From the NCBI GenBank assembly GCA_038885755.1, contig JAVZZH010000003.1:64001-128000 (forward strand): a stretch of 64,000 bases of DNA. The letters run 5' to 3'. Source of the DNA: Candidatus Caldarchaeum sp. Its GTDB lineage: Archaea; Thermoproteota; Nitrososphaeria_A; Caldarchaeales; Caldarchaeaceae. Made by a program: the position numbers and the translations under genes. Within the stretch, counting starts at the first letter, position 1; every line of letters begins with the position of its first letter. A model generated the notes under the pieces. The model was not told where the DNA came from. It ran no database searches and was given only the letters and a program-made list of their open reading frames with translations. Of this stretch, positions 41,551-51,001 are shown piece by piece.

Positions 41551-42552
41551 ATGTCCCGCGACTTCAGCTATGGTGTTGGGTTGCAGACATACACAGGCGG
41601 CATGTGGGACGGTGGCCAGCCCACATTGGAGGAGCTTGCCAGCTATGTGAAGCGGGCTGAGGAGCTGGGCTACAGTACAATATGGCATACGGATAGGCTG
41701 CTACCAACAGTTCCCCCAGGATACAGCACAGCATGGTATGAGCCCCTAATCACCCTATCCGTTATCATCCCGTACATCAAGAAGGCTGGAATAGGCACCT
41801 CGGCTGTGGTGCTTCCCATGAGAAATCCAATACTGCTGGCTAAGCAGCTGGCCACTATGGATGTTCTGTCTGCTGGTAGGCTGCGGGTTGGGATAGCCAT
41901 GGGATGGTCGCAGCAGGAATATGCCGCCACAGCCACGGATTTCAAGCGCAGGTCCTCGGTTTATAGCGAATATGCTCAGGTCCTCAGCATGTTACTTACT
42001 GGTGAGAAAGTCAGCTTCCAAGGCAAGTATCTCAGCCTCTCGGATGTTGAGATAAGACCACGTCCACTCCAGAGGCCGAGACCGCCGATTTACATGGGTG
42101 GTGGCGGGCCGTGGGTTGGCGTTGACGATGCCACACGTGGGAGGCTTGAGCTGAGGGTTTTCAGCCGAATAGCCGATTATGCTGATGGGTGGATTGCCGG
42201 GGCCCGCATAGACCCAGACAGCGCCCAAAGATACATTCAATTATTGAGAAGACTTCTTTCTGAGAGGGGGAGAGACCCTGAGAAGTTCACGATACTTAAT
42301 CAGAACTTCGTATACGTCTACGGGGTAAGCGGCTCCCCTGAAGAGTTGAAGGCCAAAATCAATAAGATCGTACCCACCCCATTCGATGCAGTCTCTAAGG
42401 TATGGATTATTGGTGAAAAAGCGGATGTGGCGGCTAAGGTAGATAGGATGGTTAAGGCTGGTGTCCAGCATTTCATAGTGTGGCCTGTTGGAAACCATAC
42501 ACCCACCATAGAGTTCCTAGCTGACGAAATATTCCCCAAATATATGAAGTGA
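41551..42552 (+). CDS. LLM-class flavin/F420-dependent oxidoreductase
   Basis: AEELGY..IW, LPMRNPILLAKQLATMDVLSAGR, PRPLQRPRPPIYMGG, ADGW. Confidence 0.9.
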   Translation: MSRDFSYGVGLQTYTGGMWDGGQPTLEELASYVKRAEELGYSTIWHTDRLLPTVPPGYSTAWYEPLITLSVIIPYIKKAGIGTSAVVLPMRNPILLAKQLATMDVLSAGRLRVGIAMGWSQQEYAATATDFKRRSSVYSEYAQVLSMLLTGEKVSFQGKYLSLSDVEIRPRPLQRPRPPIYMGGGGPWVGVDDATRGRLELRVFSRIADYADGWIAGARIDPDSAQRYIQLLRRLLSERGRDPEKFTILNQNFVYVYGVSGSPEELKAKINKIVPTPFDAVSKVWIIGEKADVAAKVDRMVKAGVQHFIVWPVGNHTPTIEFLADEIFPKYMK

Positions 42553-42570
42553 GCTTTCCCGGTCAGAATT

Positions 42571-43160
42571 GTGAAGATTGCTGATGTCAGGAAGGGAATA
42601 GCTGGCAGGCTAGCCTAGTCTACACCAGTCTCCTTATGATTACCATCCAAGCGGAAAACATAATGAGCGCCTATCATAACATGAAGACCGTCTCTGGCCA
42701 GGCGGCTCCAAGCATGACTTCAATAATGGCCCAGATACGCTTTCAAACCCTCAGACGGCACGACTACAACGCTGTGGTAGAAGGGGACGAGGTGAGGATA
42801 AAGTCAACATAGCTGTAGCGGTTGACACTCCGCGTTGGCTCTTTGCGCAGGTTATACGTAAAGCCGATAAGCTGAAGCTTGGGGATGATTGAAGCCATGT
42901 TGAGAAGTGAGAGGGCTGTCTCGGGGAGGATAACCTAAGGAGATCTGACGGGACATACCTTCACCATCTCAAACCTTGGCCATGAAGGAGTGACATACTT
43001 CACGCCTGTGATAAACCTGAAGCATACTCGGGGTTGGAGCGGTGCAAAAGAGTAGTCAGGGTATGGTTGGCCTTCTTAGCATAGTCTTCGACCACAGGGC
43101 TGTTGACGGCGCCCCAGCCGCCAGCCCCCTAGCGTATGTAAGAAAAGCCGCCGAATCTTT
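42571..43160 (+). pseudogene. Dihydrolipoamide acyltransferase (E2) catalytic-domain pseudogene
   Basis: VRKGIAGRLA*, VNIAVAVDTP, DLTGHTFTISNLG..GV..FTPVIN, LSIVFDHRAVDGAPAA with stops and frameshifts. Confidence 0.85.
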
Positions 43161-44170
43161 CACTTCACCAGTCGAGTAGCTGCCTCCACAATCTTGTCAG
43201 CAGTGACCATATACTTCTTTTCAAGTTCATGCGACTGGGGGGCTGGCATGGTTGGAGAGTTCAGCCTGATGATGGGCGCCTCCAAGTAATCAAATGCATA
43301 TTCACATACGTAGCTGGCCACTTCAGCCGATATACCGCATGTCTTCACACTATCCTCCGCAACTATTAGCCTGTTGGTCTTCCTCACCGATTCTAAGATT
43401 GTCTGATAATCCATCGGCACTATAGTCCTCAAGTCTATGACTTCGGCTTGGACCCCGTTCCCAGCCAGCTGTTCAGCTGCTGCCATAGCCTCGGAAACGA
43501 CCCTGGAAACAGCTACGATTGTCAGGTCGTCGCCAGACTTCTTCACATCAGCCCTGCCTATGGGTGTCAGATACTCTTCCTCAGGCACAGGACCCTTATA
43601 CCCATAGTATGTTCGGTTCACATATAGGGCTCCTGACTCCACGAATAGGACTGGGTCATCATCCCTTATCGAAGATTTTATCAGCCCCTTAGCATCTTTG
43701 GGAGTGGCGGGTGCCACAATCTTGAGGCCGGGAGCTTGCATGAAAGAAGCTGCTAGGAACTGGGTGTGTTGGCTACCGTACGCCCGGCCGAGGCTATACT
43801 GTGTCCTAACAACTAGGGGAAGCTTAACCTGACCTGCGCTCATGAAACGCATCTTAGAAGCATGTGTAACCAGCTGGTCGAAGGCGATACCTGCGAAGTC
43901 GAAGAACATCAGCTCCGCCACAGGTCGCAACCCGTTAAGAGCAGCTCCTATCGCAGCACCCACTATAGCTATCTCCGAAATGGGTGTGTCCAAGACCCTC
44001 TTGGGGCCAAACTCTTTGAGAAGGTCTTTGGTTACCTTGTAGACGCCTCCCGAGGCTGCCACCTCCTCGCCGAAGACTATCACCCTTTCATCCCGACGCA
44101 TCTCTTCACGAAGCCCCTCATTCAGGGCCTCGACATATGTAAGCTCCCTCACAGCCAACCCTCTACTCAC
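43160..44170 (-). CDS. 2-oxoacid/acetoin dehydrogenase E1 beta subunit
   Basis: FGPKRVLDTPISE, GLRPVAELMF, PGLKIVAP..P.DAKGL, EVIDLRT. Confidence 0.93.
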   Translation of the reverse strand: MSRGLAVRELTYVEALNEGLREEMRRDERVIVFGEEVAASGGVYKVTKDLLKEFGPKRVLDTPISEIAIVGAAIGAALNGLRPVAELMFFDFAGIAFDQLVTHASKMRFMSAGQVKLPLVVRTQYSLGRAYGSQHTQFLAASFMQAPGLKIVAPATPKDAKGLIKSSIRDDDPVLFVESGALYVNRTYYGYKGPVPEEEYLTPIGRADVKKSGDDLTIVAVSRVVSEAMAAAEQLAGNGVQAEVIDLRTIVPMDYQTILESVRKTNRLIVAEDSVKTCGISAEVASYVCEYAFDYLEAPIIRLNSPTMPAPQSHELEKKYMVTADKIVEAATRLVK

Positions 44171-45190
44171 CTACACAGGAGTAGAGTAAACCAGTGAAGA
44201 GAGCTTCTCATATTCGTATACTGGTGAGTTGAGAACCTCATCCACTACAACATCTAGCTGACGGGCGACATCAGCCTCGATCGTCTTCTTCTCCTCGTCT
44301 TGGAGTAAACCAGCTGATTTCATCTTTTCAACCAACATGTCTATTGGGTCTCTTCGCAGCCATTCCTCAATCTCTTCCCTAGGCCTATATCCTGTCCCTA
44401 GGTCATAAGCCCCGTGTCCTTTGAATCGGTATGTCTTACATTCGATGAAAGCCGGGCCGGCGCCGGACCTTATCTTATCCAAGGCTTTAAGGGTTGTTTC
44501 ATAGACTTCTATGACATCATTCCCAAAGGCGGTGTAGGCTGGCATACCATAGCAGGCAGCCCTCGCCATTATGCTTTCGCCTGCAAAGACGGATTTGAGT
44601 GGTGTGGTCATGGCATAGGTATTATTCTCACACACAAAGAGAACTGGGAGCTTCCAAGCAGCCGCTAGGTTAAGCGCCTCATGGAACGCTCCGGTATTGA
44701 CTGCACCGTCTCCGAAGAAGGCGACAGCCACATTCTTACTCTCCCTGTATTTGAACGCCAATCCCACACCCACAGCGATAGGTATGCCGCTGCCAACTAT
44801 AGCTGTCGCGAGCGGGATACCAAGCTCTGCAGAGATCGGGGCATGCATGGAGCCTCCCAAGCCCTTACACGTCCCCACAGCCTTACCCAAAATCTCTCCC
44901 AACATGGCTTTCATCGGTATGCCACGGGCTATTCCATGTCCATGGCCTCTATAAGTTGAGATAATCACATCATCCTTCTCGAGAGCCTCAATAACACCAA
45001 CCGCCACACCCTCCTGCCCAATGTACAGGTGTGTTGGTCCCAGAATACGTCCCTCACGGTATAGCTTCTCCACACGCTCCTCGAACATCCTAATCTCGAT
45101 CATCTTCCGCAACATGCCCAGGAGCTTGTCGCGGGAGATGAGAAGTTGCTGACGAGAACTCATTTGCGGTTGGCTGATTCTCTGAGACAT
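44171..45190 (-). CDS. 2-oxoacid/acetoin dehydrogenase E1 alpha subunit
   Basis: HLYIGQEG, STYRGHGH, GGSMH, TPP motif GDGA...ENN, TYRFKGH. Confidence 0.93.
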   Translation of the reverse strand: MSQRISQPQMSSRQQLLISRDKLLGMLRKMIEIRMFEERVEKLYREGRILGPTHLYIGQEGVAVGVIEALEKDDVIISTYRGHGHGIARGIPMKAMLGEILGKAVGTCKGLGGSMHAPISAELGIPLATAIVGSGIPIAVGVGLAFKYRESKNVAVAFFGDGAVNTGAFHEALNLAAAWKLPVLFVCENNTYAMTTPLKSVFAGESIMARAACYGMPAYTAFGNDVIEVYETTLKALDKIRSGAGPAFIECKTYRFKGHGAYDLGTGYRPREEIEEWLRRDPIDMLVEKMKSAGLLQDEEKKTIEADVARQLDVVVDEVLNSPVYEYEKLSSLVYSTPV

Positions 45191-45239
45191 ATTTAAAAAT
45201 TGCGGACCCTGCTCAGGAATGATCGCTAGCCGCCATGCT

Positions 45240-46070
45240 CAGTTTGATATGCCGGAATTCTAAGGCGTCTTTCCAACTAACAGGTTCATGCCCGCCGTCC
45301 ATACATGCCTTCTCAAAATAGTCTGCTAAGGCATCCCTAATCCTATCGTGTAATCAGTTCGCTATCATTGCCCTAGCTCTCTAAAAGGATGACATACCTC
45401 TAAGGTCAGCCCACCCATTCTCAGCTACATGTCGATTGATAGAAACTATCCTAGAGAATTTCCCCTCTGAAGCGGTGGATGGAAGAGTGCTGCCAGAGGG
45501 CATGCTCTAGGTTGGGGGTATGGGAAGACCTTAGCTGCCACCCACCAGCAATCTAGCCAAGTATTTCCGTTTCACAGCCCGCAATGTTTAACTCAACAGA
45601 CCCCACTCCACCATAGGCCCCCCGCACCGCTCAGGCTTGTCCGTAACTACAATAGCAGCTATCTTTTTCCAAGGGCATCTCGACACAGGTTCTCCCACCC
45701 TATCCAAGACGTTCTTTATCAGCACAGGCTCGTCATTCCTGATAAGATACGCATCATGCATCATCGGCTTGGAAACATTCACCTCAACCATGGCGGGCAT
45801 TGCATCAATGGATAGGGAGGGTACGACGTCATTCTGGGCCACCCCGGTCTATGTTATGAAGAGCGTGTAAATCTTTTTAGCCTACGGTATCCCTCCACAC
45901 CTTATCAGCCTGCTATACTCCGAGAGCCAGTAGCCGGCAACGCATAAGGCCCCGCTGTTGTCCATATCGCGGGATGTCTTTCCAGAGGCTACTGGATAGC
46001 GGCGGCCCACTTGTATGGATGAGAGCCCTTCCTCAAACAAAGAGGTTGTCGTTCCACCGCGAAGCAATTT
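45240..46070 (-). pseudogene. Second acetyl-CoA hydrolase/transferase copy, decayed
   Basis: GTTTSLFEE, WLSEYSRLIR, VPSLSIDAMP, VEVNVSKP, LPSTASEGKFSRIV, ENGWADLRGM align to 26965-28431; large deletions and stops. Confidence 0.82.
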
Positions 46071-46087
46071 GTGTTACCGATATTTGT

Positions 46088-47062
46088 TCAGTCATATCTT
46101 GGTGCTATCTCGTTAGCAACATACTCCAATACATCCAAATCCCTTGTGAGAGGTATGAGGTTAAAGTGGGTTAGACCCGCTGAAATCTGTTCATCTATGC
46201 GCTTAGCCAGTTCCACTTTATCACATATGAAATACTGTTTCCTAGCCTCCTCGAATGGCATAGCCAAAACCTGTGACACATCCTCTGCAGCTTTGTTCTC
46301 ACGTCCGTCGAGTAGGTAGACGTATTTGTGGGACATCATTGGAAAGTTGCTGTCATCCTTCCTAAGAGACTTGAGATGTTTACGGAGTATCTCTATGCTT
46401 TTTCTGATATATTCCACCGGTACGTATGTCGCTGCATACCAGCCATCACCCAGTTCGGCAGCCCTTCTCAACAGCCTCTCAAACCGGCTTGGGTCGTTCA
46501 ACGACCTGCCGCCGGCTCCAATTATTATTGGTGGGTGGGGTTTCTGGATTGGCTTCGGCTCTAGACGTATATCCTTGAACCTCCAGAATCTACCCTCCCA
46601 ACTGGCTGACTCCTCAGTCCAGAGCAGCTTCATTATTTTTACGGCCTCCTCGAATCTCCTACCCCTCTCCTTCATACTAACTCCCACAAGCTCGTATTCC
46701 TTGTCGAGCCAGCCAATTGCTACACCTAAGATGAATCGGCCGTTGGAGATGACATCCAGGGTCGCAACCTCTTTAGCCAGGACTCCGGGGTTTCTCAAGG
46801 GAAGTATTACTATGGCTGTACCTATCTTCACCTTCTTGACAGCCGAGGATACGGCGGCCATAGTGACTAGGGGCTCGTACCAGCTTGTGGAGAGAAGCGG
46901 TGGGGCCATTACAAAATGTTCTGCATGCCAGATGGATGTGTATCCCAGCCTCTCAACCTCTCGACAGTAAGAGGCCAGCTCCTCACCCGACATGTATCCC
47001 CCCTTCCAAGTTCCGCCACAGTAGTCGGGCAAAACAACTCCGAAAGTTGCTCTATTCCTCAC
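46088..47062 (-). CDS. LLM-class flavin/F420-dependent oxidoreductase
   Basis: ERLGYTSIWHAEH, LPLRNPGVLAKEVATLDVISNGR, PKPIQKPHPPI. Confidence 0.9.
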   Translation of the reverse strand: MRNRATFGVVLPDYCGGTWKGGYMSGEELASYCREVERLGYTSIWHAEHFVMAPPLLSTSWYEPLVTMAAVSSAVKKVKIGTAIVILPLRNPGVLAKEVATLDVISNGRFILGVAIGWLDKEYELVGVSMKERGRRFEEAVKIMKLLWTEESASWEGRFWRFKDIRLEPKPIQKPHPPIIIGAGGRSLNDPSRFERLLRRAAELGDGWYAATYVPVEYIRKSIEILRKHLKSLRKDDSNFPMMSHKYVYLLDGRENKAAEDVSQVLAMPFEEARKQYFICDKVELAKRIDEQISAGLTHFNLIPLTRDLDVLEYVANEIAPRYD

Positions 47063-47083
47063 GAGCGGGTTGGCCGCCGGTTA

Positions 47084-48463
47084 TTATTTAACTACTACTT
47101 TTAACCGCCTCCCCTGACTGTACGCCGACCCGGCACTCTGACACTCTCCAGCATCCGGTCTAGTAGCAAGCCATGCCACCACCCTGCATGGAGCAGCCTC
47201 ACAGCCCACAATGGGTATCGGGAAGGCGGTAATCCACACCCTCCTCACCCCGTCCAGCGGTGTTAGATTCAAGTTCTCCAGGATCAATATATCATTAGAT
47301 AGCAGTATCTTGTGGATTGGATAGTCAAATCCATCCTTCCTCATGTGATACGGTATTTCTGGTGTTAGGGTGTCAACACCTATCATACTCACCTTAGCAT
47401 CACACAGCCACCACGCCACTTCCTCGGATATGAAGGGATGTAGATTGTATTCGGGCTGCCTGAAGAAGCCACCCCATCCAGTATTAAAGAATACCATAGA
47501 GTTTTCCCCGACAAGCTCTTCATATCCGCTGACATCACGGAGGGTGATGGGCTGGTTGCAGTTCTTCCTTACCTTGATTATGACACATTCTCCCGCAAAC
47601 CTAGAGAGATCATACTCCTCTATCGTCTTCCCCCTCTCGAAAAACTGTCTAGGCGTATCTACATGTGTTCCTATGTGGGAGGGCATGTAGATATTTGTAA
47701 TGTTGACGGAGTCAACCATCACGTTGCAGGCTGTCCTTATCTGGGGCGGGGTCAGTATCTTGGGAATATGGGGCATTCCATTGAATATTGGTTGGGATAG
47801 ATCTACGATCAGGGGCCTGTTAAGCTTATTCCCCTTGGCTCTCGTGAGGGCGTCCACTCTTCTCCTCAACTCACGTACTGTGAGTGTCTCCTCAACCACC
47901 TGACGGAATAACCTATCCTGCAGCGCCCTATCACGCACCTTTAGTAATACCCTAGCATGTAGAAGCCCGAATCTATTGGTATCGATACTACCGCTCCGGA
48001 CCGCTCTTATGATATTGGGGCTTAGCGACAGCAGCTGCACCCGGTTATAGACGTATTCTTTACGGACACCGACCAACCGCGCAATATCCTCATATGTTCT
48101 GCCAAACCTAGCTTTCCATGTCTCGAAAAGGTCTGCCTCCTCTAGAGGGTTCTTGTCCTTCCTAAACAGGTTTTCCACCGCATTCTGTATGAGAACATGC
48201 TCATCATCGAGCTCTTCCACAATCGTACTGATCTTGTTCAGCCCTGCAAGCATGGCTGCCTCGAGACGCCGCCTACCCCAGACTAGCTCGTAAAACCCGT
48301 CTGCCGTGGGTCTGACCTTTATAGGTACATCCACATCACCCCTCGCCTTAAGGGATTTTGCAAGCTCCACCACATCGCCCAAGTCCTTCCTCTCGGGCAG
48401 CCAGCTGATGAGACGTATCTTCTCGACCGGGATCTTCTTGATTTTAGAGGAGCTATTCATCAC
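47084..48463 (-). CDS. ParB/Spo0J-type N-terminal domain + HTH fused to a cyclase-family (kynurenine formamidase-like) domain
   Basis: PIKVRP...YELVWGRRRLEAA, VENLFRKDKNPLEEA, HTH TYEDIARLVG..KEYVYNR, LHARVLL; C-terminal DLSQPI, HIGTHVDTPRQF, FNTGW, IGVDT, HKILL...ILENL, AAPCRV. Confidence 0.88.
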   Translation of the reverse strand: MMNSSSKIKKIPVEKIRLISWLPERKDLGDVVELAKSLKARGDVDVPIKVRPTADGFYELVWGRRRLEAAMLAGLNKISTIVEELDDEHVLIQNAVENLFRKDKNPLEEADLFETWKARFGRTYEDIARLVGVRKEYVYNRVQLLSLSPNIIRAVRSGSIDTNRFGLLHARVLLKVRDRALQDRLFRQVVEETLTVRELRRRVDALTRAKGNKLNRPLIVDLSQPIFNGMPHIPKILTPPQIRTACNVMVDSVNITNIYMPSHIGTHVDTPRQFFERGKTIEEYDLSRFAGECVIIKVRKNCNQPITLRDVSGYEELVGENSMVFFNTGWGGFFRQPEYNLHPFISEEVAWWLCDAKVSMIGVDTLTPEIPYHMRKDGFDYPIHKILLSNDILILENLNLTPLDGVRRVWITAFPIPIVGCEAAPCRVVAWLATRPDAGECQSAGSAYSQGRRLKVVVK

Positions 48464-48526
48464 TTTTTGACGACCTAGGTATATATATAAGCAGTTGGTT
48501 TCGTGCCCCTGCTAGGGCTTTAAGTT

Positions 48527-48645
48527 GCCGGCTGTTAAACCCGTTATCCTAGTGTCCGGATAAGGACGGTATTTAATTACTGGATGGTTTCTCTCCTCTT
48601 GTATGGCTCTAGGCTGGCTGTCAAAAGCGTTATCCGGACACCACC
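48527..48645. repeat. 90-bp element bounded by a perfect 12-bp inverted repeat, plus a 23-bp imperfect direct repeat
   Basis: GTGTCCGGATAA (48552-48563) and TTATCCGGACAC (48630-48641); direct repeats 48527-48549 and 48613-48635 identical at 19 of 23 positions. Confidence 0.8.
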
Positions 48646-48693
48646 ATCCCAGTTTGCACAAGATTTATATGCCTTACAGCGGAGCCACAATCC

Positions 48694-50100
48694 ATGAAGG
48701 AGAAAAACTGTGAAGCCGCTGGAGAGCAACGAATCACCAGACGGAGGGCCATCAGCAATGCTGTAGCCGCAGGCGTAGTGGTCGGTGTTGGGATAGTAGC
48801 CGGACTGGGGGGGTATTTCGCCGGAGCATCGTCAAGCGGTAGGGTTGAAACCGTTACACAGAAGGAGACAGTTGCAGTGGGCGGGCAGACAGTGACCGTG
48901 ACAAACACAGTGACACAGACTACAACAGCCACAGTCACAGGAACCGCGGGATCTGACAAACCTGTGATCATTGGATACACACTACCCAAGACCGGTGGAT
49001 TCGCTGCAAACGGTGTGGTACATGATATCGCTGATGAGGTGGCTATAAGGAAAATAAACGAGACTGGCGGATTCTTAGGAAGACCTGTCAGAAGGCTTGT
49101 CTATGACGACCGCTCCGACATTTCACAGATACCTCCTCTCTATGAACGGCTGATAACACAGGACAAGGTGGACCTCATCGTGGGTCCATACGCTACACCA
49201 TTCATAGCAGCAGCCATGCCTGTGGCGGAGAAATATAGAAAGGTCTACATCTTTGACTCATACACACTTCCCAAACAGGCTACCTATGAATTCGCGTTCT
49301 CCAGCTGGGCCACAGGATACAACACTGACATCGAATGGCCGACTCTATTGTTTGAGGCTTTGCAGAACTCGGCAGGTAAGCTTCCCAAGCGTCTTGTCGT
49401 CGTGCATAGCACGCATCCCGGAGCAACATTCGTGGCCAGCGGTGTCCCCACTGTTGCAGAGAGATTCGGGATCGAGGTGCTTGATGTGATCAGATACGAG
49501 CTGGGTACCACAGACTTCCTACCGATAGCGACACGGCTGAAGGAGCTGAAGCCGGAGTTCCTCCTACAGGCTGGGCTCGTGCTCGATGAGAGTAACATGA
49601 GACAAGCTTTGGACAAAGTTGGCTTCATCCCGTATGGCCATTCAAGTCTCTGGCCTTCGGTGGGCGCATTGCTCGGCCTCGGTCCACTAGGAGATGGGTT
49701 GATAAGCCAGTCTGTCTTCGAGGCGCATATACCGTTTACGCAAGATGCAGAGGCCAGATATTTTGTTGAAAACTACCAGAAGCGGGCGAGAGAGGCTGGT
49801 CTAGCCTACTGGAAAGCTGATACACAGAGTGGCACGAGCTACGCCATGTTCCAGATATTGAGGGAGGCTGTCAGGGGGTCAGGCTCTCTCAACGATGAGG
49901 ACATTGGTAAGTGGCTCAAGAAAAACAAGGTTGATACAATATTCGGAGAGCTCACTTTCGACGGCCCCAACAATTATGGACCCATGAAGACTTGGATAGC
50001 TCAGATTCAGAACGGCGAGCAGATAGTAGTGTGGCCACCAGACTACGCAAAGCCAAGGTCGAAGCTACAGTATCCATCACCACTAGCCAAGGGCTACTAG
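48694..50100 (+). CDS. ABC transporter substrate-binding protein (Liv/HAAT type) with twin-arginine signal and Thr/Val linker
   Basis: ITRRRAI followed by a hydrophobic helix, TVTVT linker, INETGGFLGRPV..YDD.SD, DKVDLIVGPY. Confidence 0.9.
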   Translation: MKEKNCEAAGEQRITRRRAISNAVAAGVVVGVGIVAGLGGYFAGASSSGRVETVTQKETVAVGGQTVTVTNTVTQTTTATVTGTAGSDKPVIIGYTLPKTGGFAANGVVHDIADEVAIRKINETGGFLGRPVRRLVYDDRSDISQIPPLYERLITQDKVDLIVGPYATPFIAAAMPVAEKYRKVYIFDSYTLPKQATYEFAFSSWATGYNTDIEWPTLLFEALQNSAGKLPKRLVVVHSTHPGATFVASGVPTVAERFGIEVLDVIRYELGTTDFLPIATRLKELKPEFLLQAGLVLDESNMRQALDKVGFIPYGHSSLWPSVGALLGLGPLGDGLISQSVFEAHIPFTQDAEARYFVENYQKRAREAGLAYWKADTQSGTSYAMFQILREAVRGSGSLNDEDIGKWLKKNKVDTIFGELTFDGPNNYGPMKTWIAQIQNGEQIVVWPPDYAKPRSKLQYPSPLAKGY

Positions 50101-50131
50101 TAGGTCGGAACCCACACCAACAGCGGCTCAA

Positions 50132-51001
50132 GTGGATGGCATGGTATCGGTTGCGGGGGTAATCCAGAGCCTCCTGACAGGCACGCTAGTGGGAGGATTC
50201 TACGGCCTGTTTGCGCTCGGACTCTCAATGTCCTGGGGGGTCTTGTACATCATAAACATGTCCTACTTCCCATTCGCCGTCCTGTCCGCCTACATAACAT
50301 ATGCGGTTGTGACAACCCTCGGCTTCGACCCATTCATCTCCCTCATTTTTTCCATCCCCAGTTTCTTCATCATCGGCATCCTCATGCAACTCTTCTTCAA
50401 CAGATTCAAGATAGACATATTCAGGTCGCTGATAATCACCTTCGCCCTATTCGTGGTGGTTGAGAATACACTGATTTATGTATGGACGGCTGATGTTCGG
50501 CGCGTACCAGTGGGACTACTTGGCAGCTCGTTCTTAATCGGCTCCATGTATGTTCCAATAGGCGAGCTCATAGCCTTCTTCATAGGGGTGGCCATAGTTT
50601 TTGCCAACATGTTTATACTGAAGAAGACGAGGTTGGGGCTGGCTCTTAGGGCAGTAGCTGAGAATAGGGAGGCATCAGCCATGTGGGGTGTGAACTATTC
50701 TAGAATAGCCCTAGTAGTCGGTGGCCTGTCAATGTGCTATGTTGCAATAGCTGGATTATTCATCGCAATATTCTTCCCCTTCACCCCAAGCCATGGAAGC
50801 CTCTTCATAGGGAGGATATTCGCAGTTACAATCTTTGGAGGTCTTGGAAGCGTCACAGGAGCCTTCATAGCTGGTATAATACTCGGAGTCGCCGAGTCTG
50901 TGGCCGCCATACTCTTCGCACCGTCATGGTCGCCTCTAGTAGTGTTCCTACTGCTTTTGATTATACTCGTAGTCAAGCCCAGCGGGCTGACGTGGCGATG
51001 A
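50132..51001 (+). CDS. livH: Branched-chain amino acid-type ABC permease
   Basis: YGLFALGLSMSWGV..IIN, TRLGLALRAVAEN, GGLGS..GA. Confidence 0.85.
   Translation: MDGMVSVAGVIQSLLTGTLVGGFYGLFALGLSMSWGVLYIINMSYFPFAVLSAYITYAVVTTLGFDPFISLIFSIPSFFIIGILMQLFFNRFKIDIFRSLIITFALFVVVENTLIYVWTADVRRVPVGLLGSSFLIGSMYVPIGELIAFFIGVAIVFANMFILKKTRLGLALRAVAENREASAMWGVNYSRIALVVGGLSMCYVAIAGLFIAIFFPFTPSHGSLFIGRIFAVTIFGGLGSVTGAFIAGIILGVAESVAAILFAPSWSPLVVFLLLLIILVVKPSGLTWR

Noticed and set aside
47084-48463. Plasmid or chromosome ParABS partition locus
   Set aside because: No ParA/SegA ATPase or replication gene in the window, and the C-terminus is an enzyme fold
48850-48945. ACAGTGAC-like tandem repeats as a CRISPR array or DNA repeat
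   Set aside because: They encode the Thr/Val linker common in archaeal solute-binding proteins; no repeat-spacer array was seen anywhere in the window
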